From positions 54,886,488 to 54,950,487 of the forward strand of contig NC_090393.1 of assembly GCF_036365525.1 (NCBI RefSeq): a stretch of 64,000 bases of DNA, in the 5' to 3' direction. Of this stretch, positions 63,184 through 64,000 are shown one piece after another; the stretch's first letter is position 1, and every line of letters starts with the position of its first letter. A model generated the notes under the pieces. It was not told where the DNA came from, did not search any database, and saw only the letters and a list, made by a program, of their open reading frames with translations. Origin of the DNA: Heterodontus francisci. Taxonomy: Eukaryota. A program made the translations under genes and the position numbers.

Positions 63184-64000
63184 CAGGCATCAAGATCGGC
63201 GCAGGCTTGGAGGACCAAATGGCCTGTTCCTATGCTGTGCTGTTCTTTGTTCTTTGAATAAAAACCCTTCATCTCTTTTTAATCTTGAGTGACCATGTCG
63301 GGCGCCCTGCCCGTTCCAGAGAGGGTTCTCTGCTCTCGCTGATAAAGGAGGCGAAGTAACCACAAACAACTCGTTGGCTGAAATAAACAGCCTTATCGTG
63401 TTAAGACGTACACCGAGTGTACGCTGCATCAGAACAACATGTCACAATACGAACTCACCAACAGGTCTTCGAGTTCTGTAGTCATTAGCAATTTAAGTTT
63501 TATTGGTTTGGTTGATTAAAATGAATGGGTTCATTTTTCCCGATTATAATTCACAGTAACTCGAGACTAAAGGGTATTGTTGCGTATTAATGCATAATAG
63601 GCATACCAGATACTGACCTGTACTGCCTTAAAAATGTGTAAAGCATTTTGATATGCATAAGAACTCGAGGAAAAAGGTCAAGAGTTAGAAGATAATCATT
63701 AGCTTCATTTAGCAGATCCTGTCAGTGCTTCACTTCAGCCAGCTTATCGTCGAACTGCACCTTGAACTCGTGCCTTTGACTCGACTACCTGGCAGGGTAG
63801 CTTATTCTAGTTGTTTATCGCTCCTTCTAGTAAAGATGTTTCCTTTAAGATTTGCTTTAAAATGTTCAGCAACGCGCTGAATACTATTGTTTACATAGAG
63901 CGGATTCACCTGCCACATGTTAAATGGGCATTCCCTATGTGCAATCCCGAAAAATGTTTCAGTGTGATCCGCCTCATTGACTACCATTTGCAAACAAATT

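Noticed and set aside
63184-63272. Novel N-terminus on CR1 ORF1 (track ORF 62730-63272)
   Set aside because: Chimeric frame running from the antisense tail of the host CR1 into the truncated ORF1.
1-64000. CRISPR arrays, prokaryotic operons or viral inserts; the many 60-130-aa track ORFs
   Set aside because: No regularly spaced repeats or recognisable viral proteins; the short ORFs are TE fragments, antisense frames or chance.

Overview
Eukaryotic, cartilaginous-fish (shark-like) genomic DNA. Roughly two thirds is retroelement debris: CR1-clade LINEs, RTE and RTE-X LINEs, Penelope-like elements (PLEs) with minimal hammerhead-ribozyme motifs, tRNA-derived SINEs and Harbinger-like MITEs. Two intact host genes can be read. 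(1) A complete immunoglobulin light-chain cluster of the sigma-cart/type I (NS5-like) kind on the + strand: octamer promoter, leader 15843-15891, a pre-joined VJ exon 16041-16370 with no RSS and a 5-residue CDR3, and a C exon 19600-19922, splicing to a 233-aa ORF. (2) GP1BB (platelet/thrombocyte glycoprotein Ib beta) on the - strand, 56004-56591, with a GATA/ETS-rich upstream region. Between them is an orphan light-chain C pseudo-exon (36372-36667) with an apparent gene-conversion tract. The Ig 5' flank is tandemly duplicated (8909-15440) and later rearranged. Most notable: the germline-joined short-CDR3 light chain, its linkage to GP1BB (mirroring human 22q11 GP1BB/IGL linkage), and about ten hammerhead-bearing PLE termini, including a 97-bp mini-element with a perfect 14-bp target-site duplication. 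I did not find a clearly new biological system. All alignments and counts were done by eye, repeat boundaries are approximate, and the species cannot be determined from this window.
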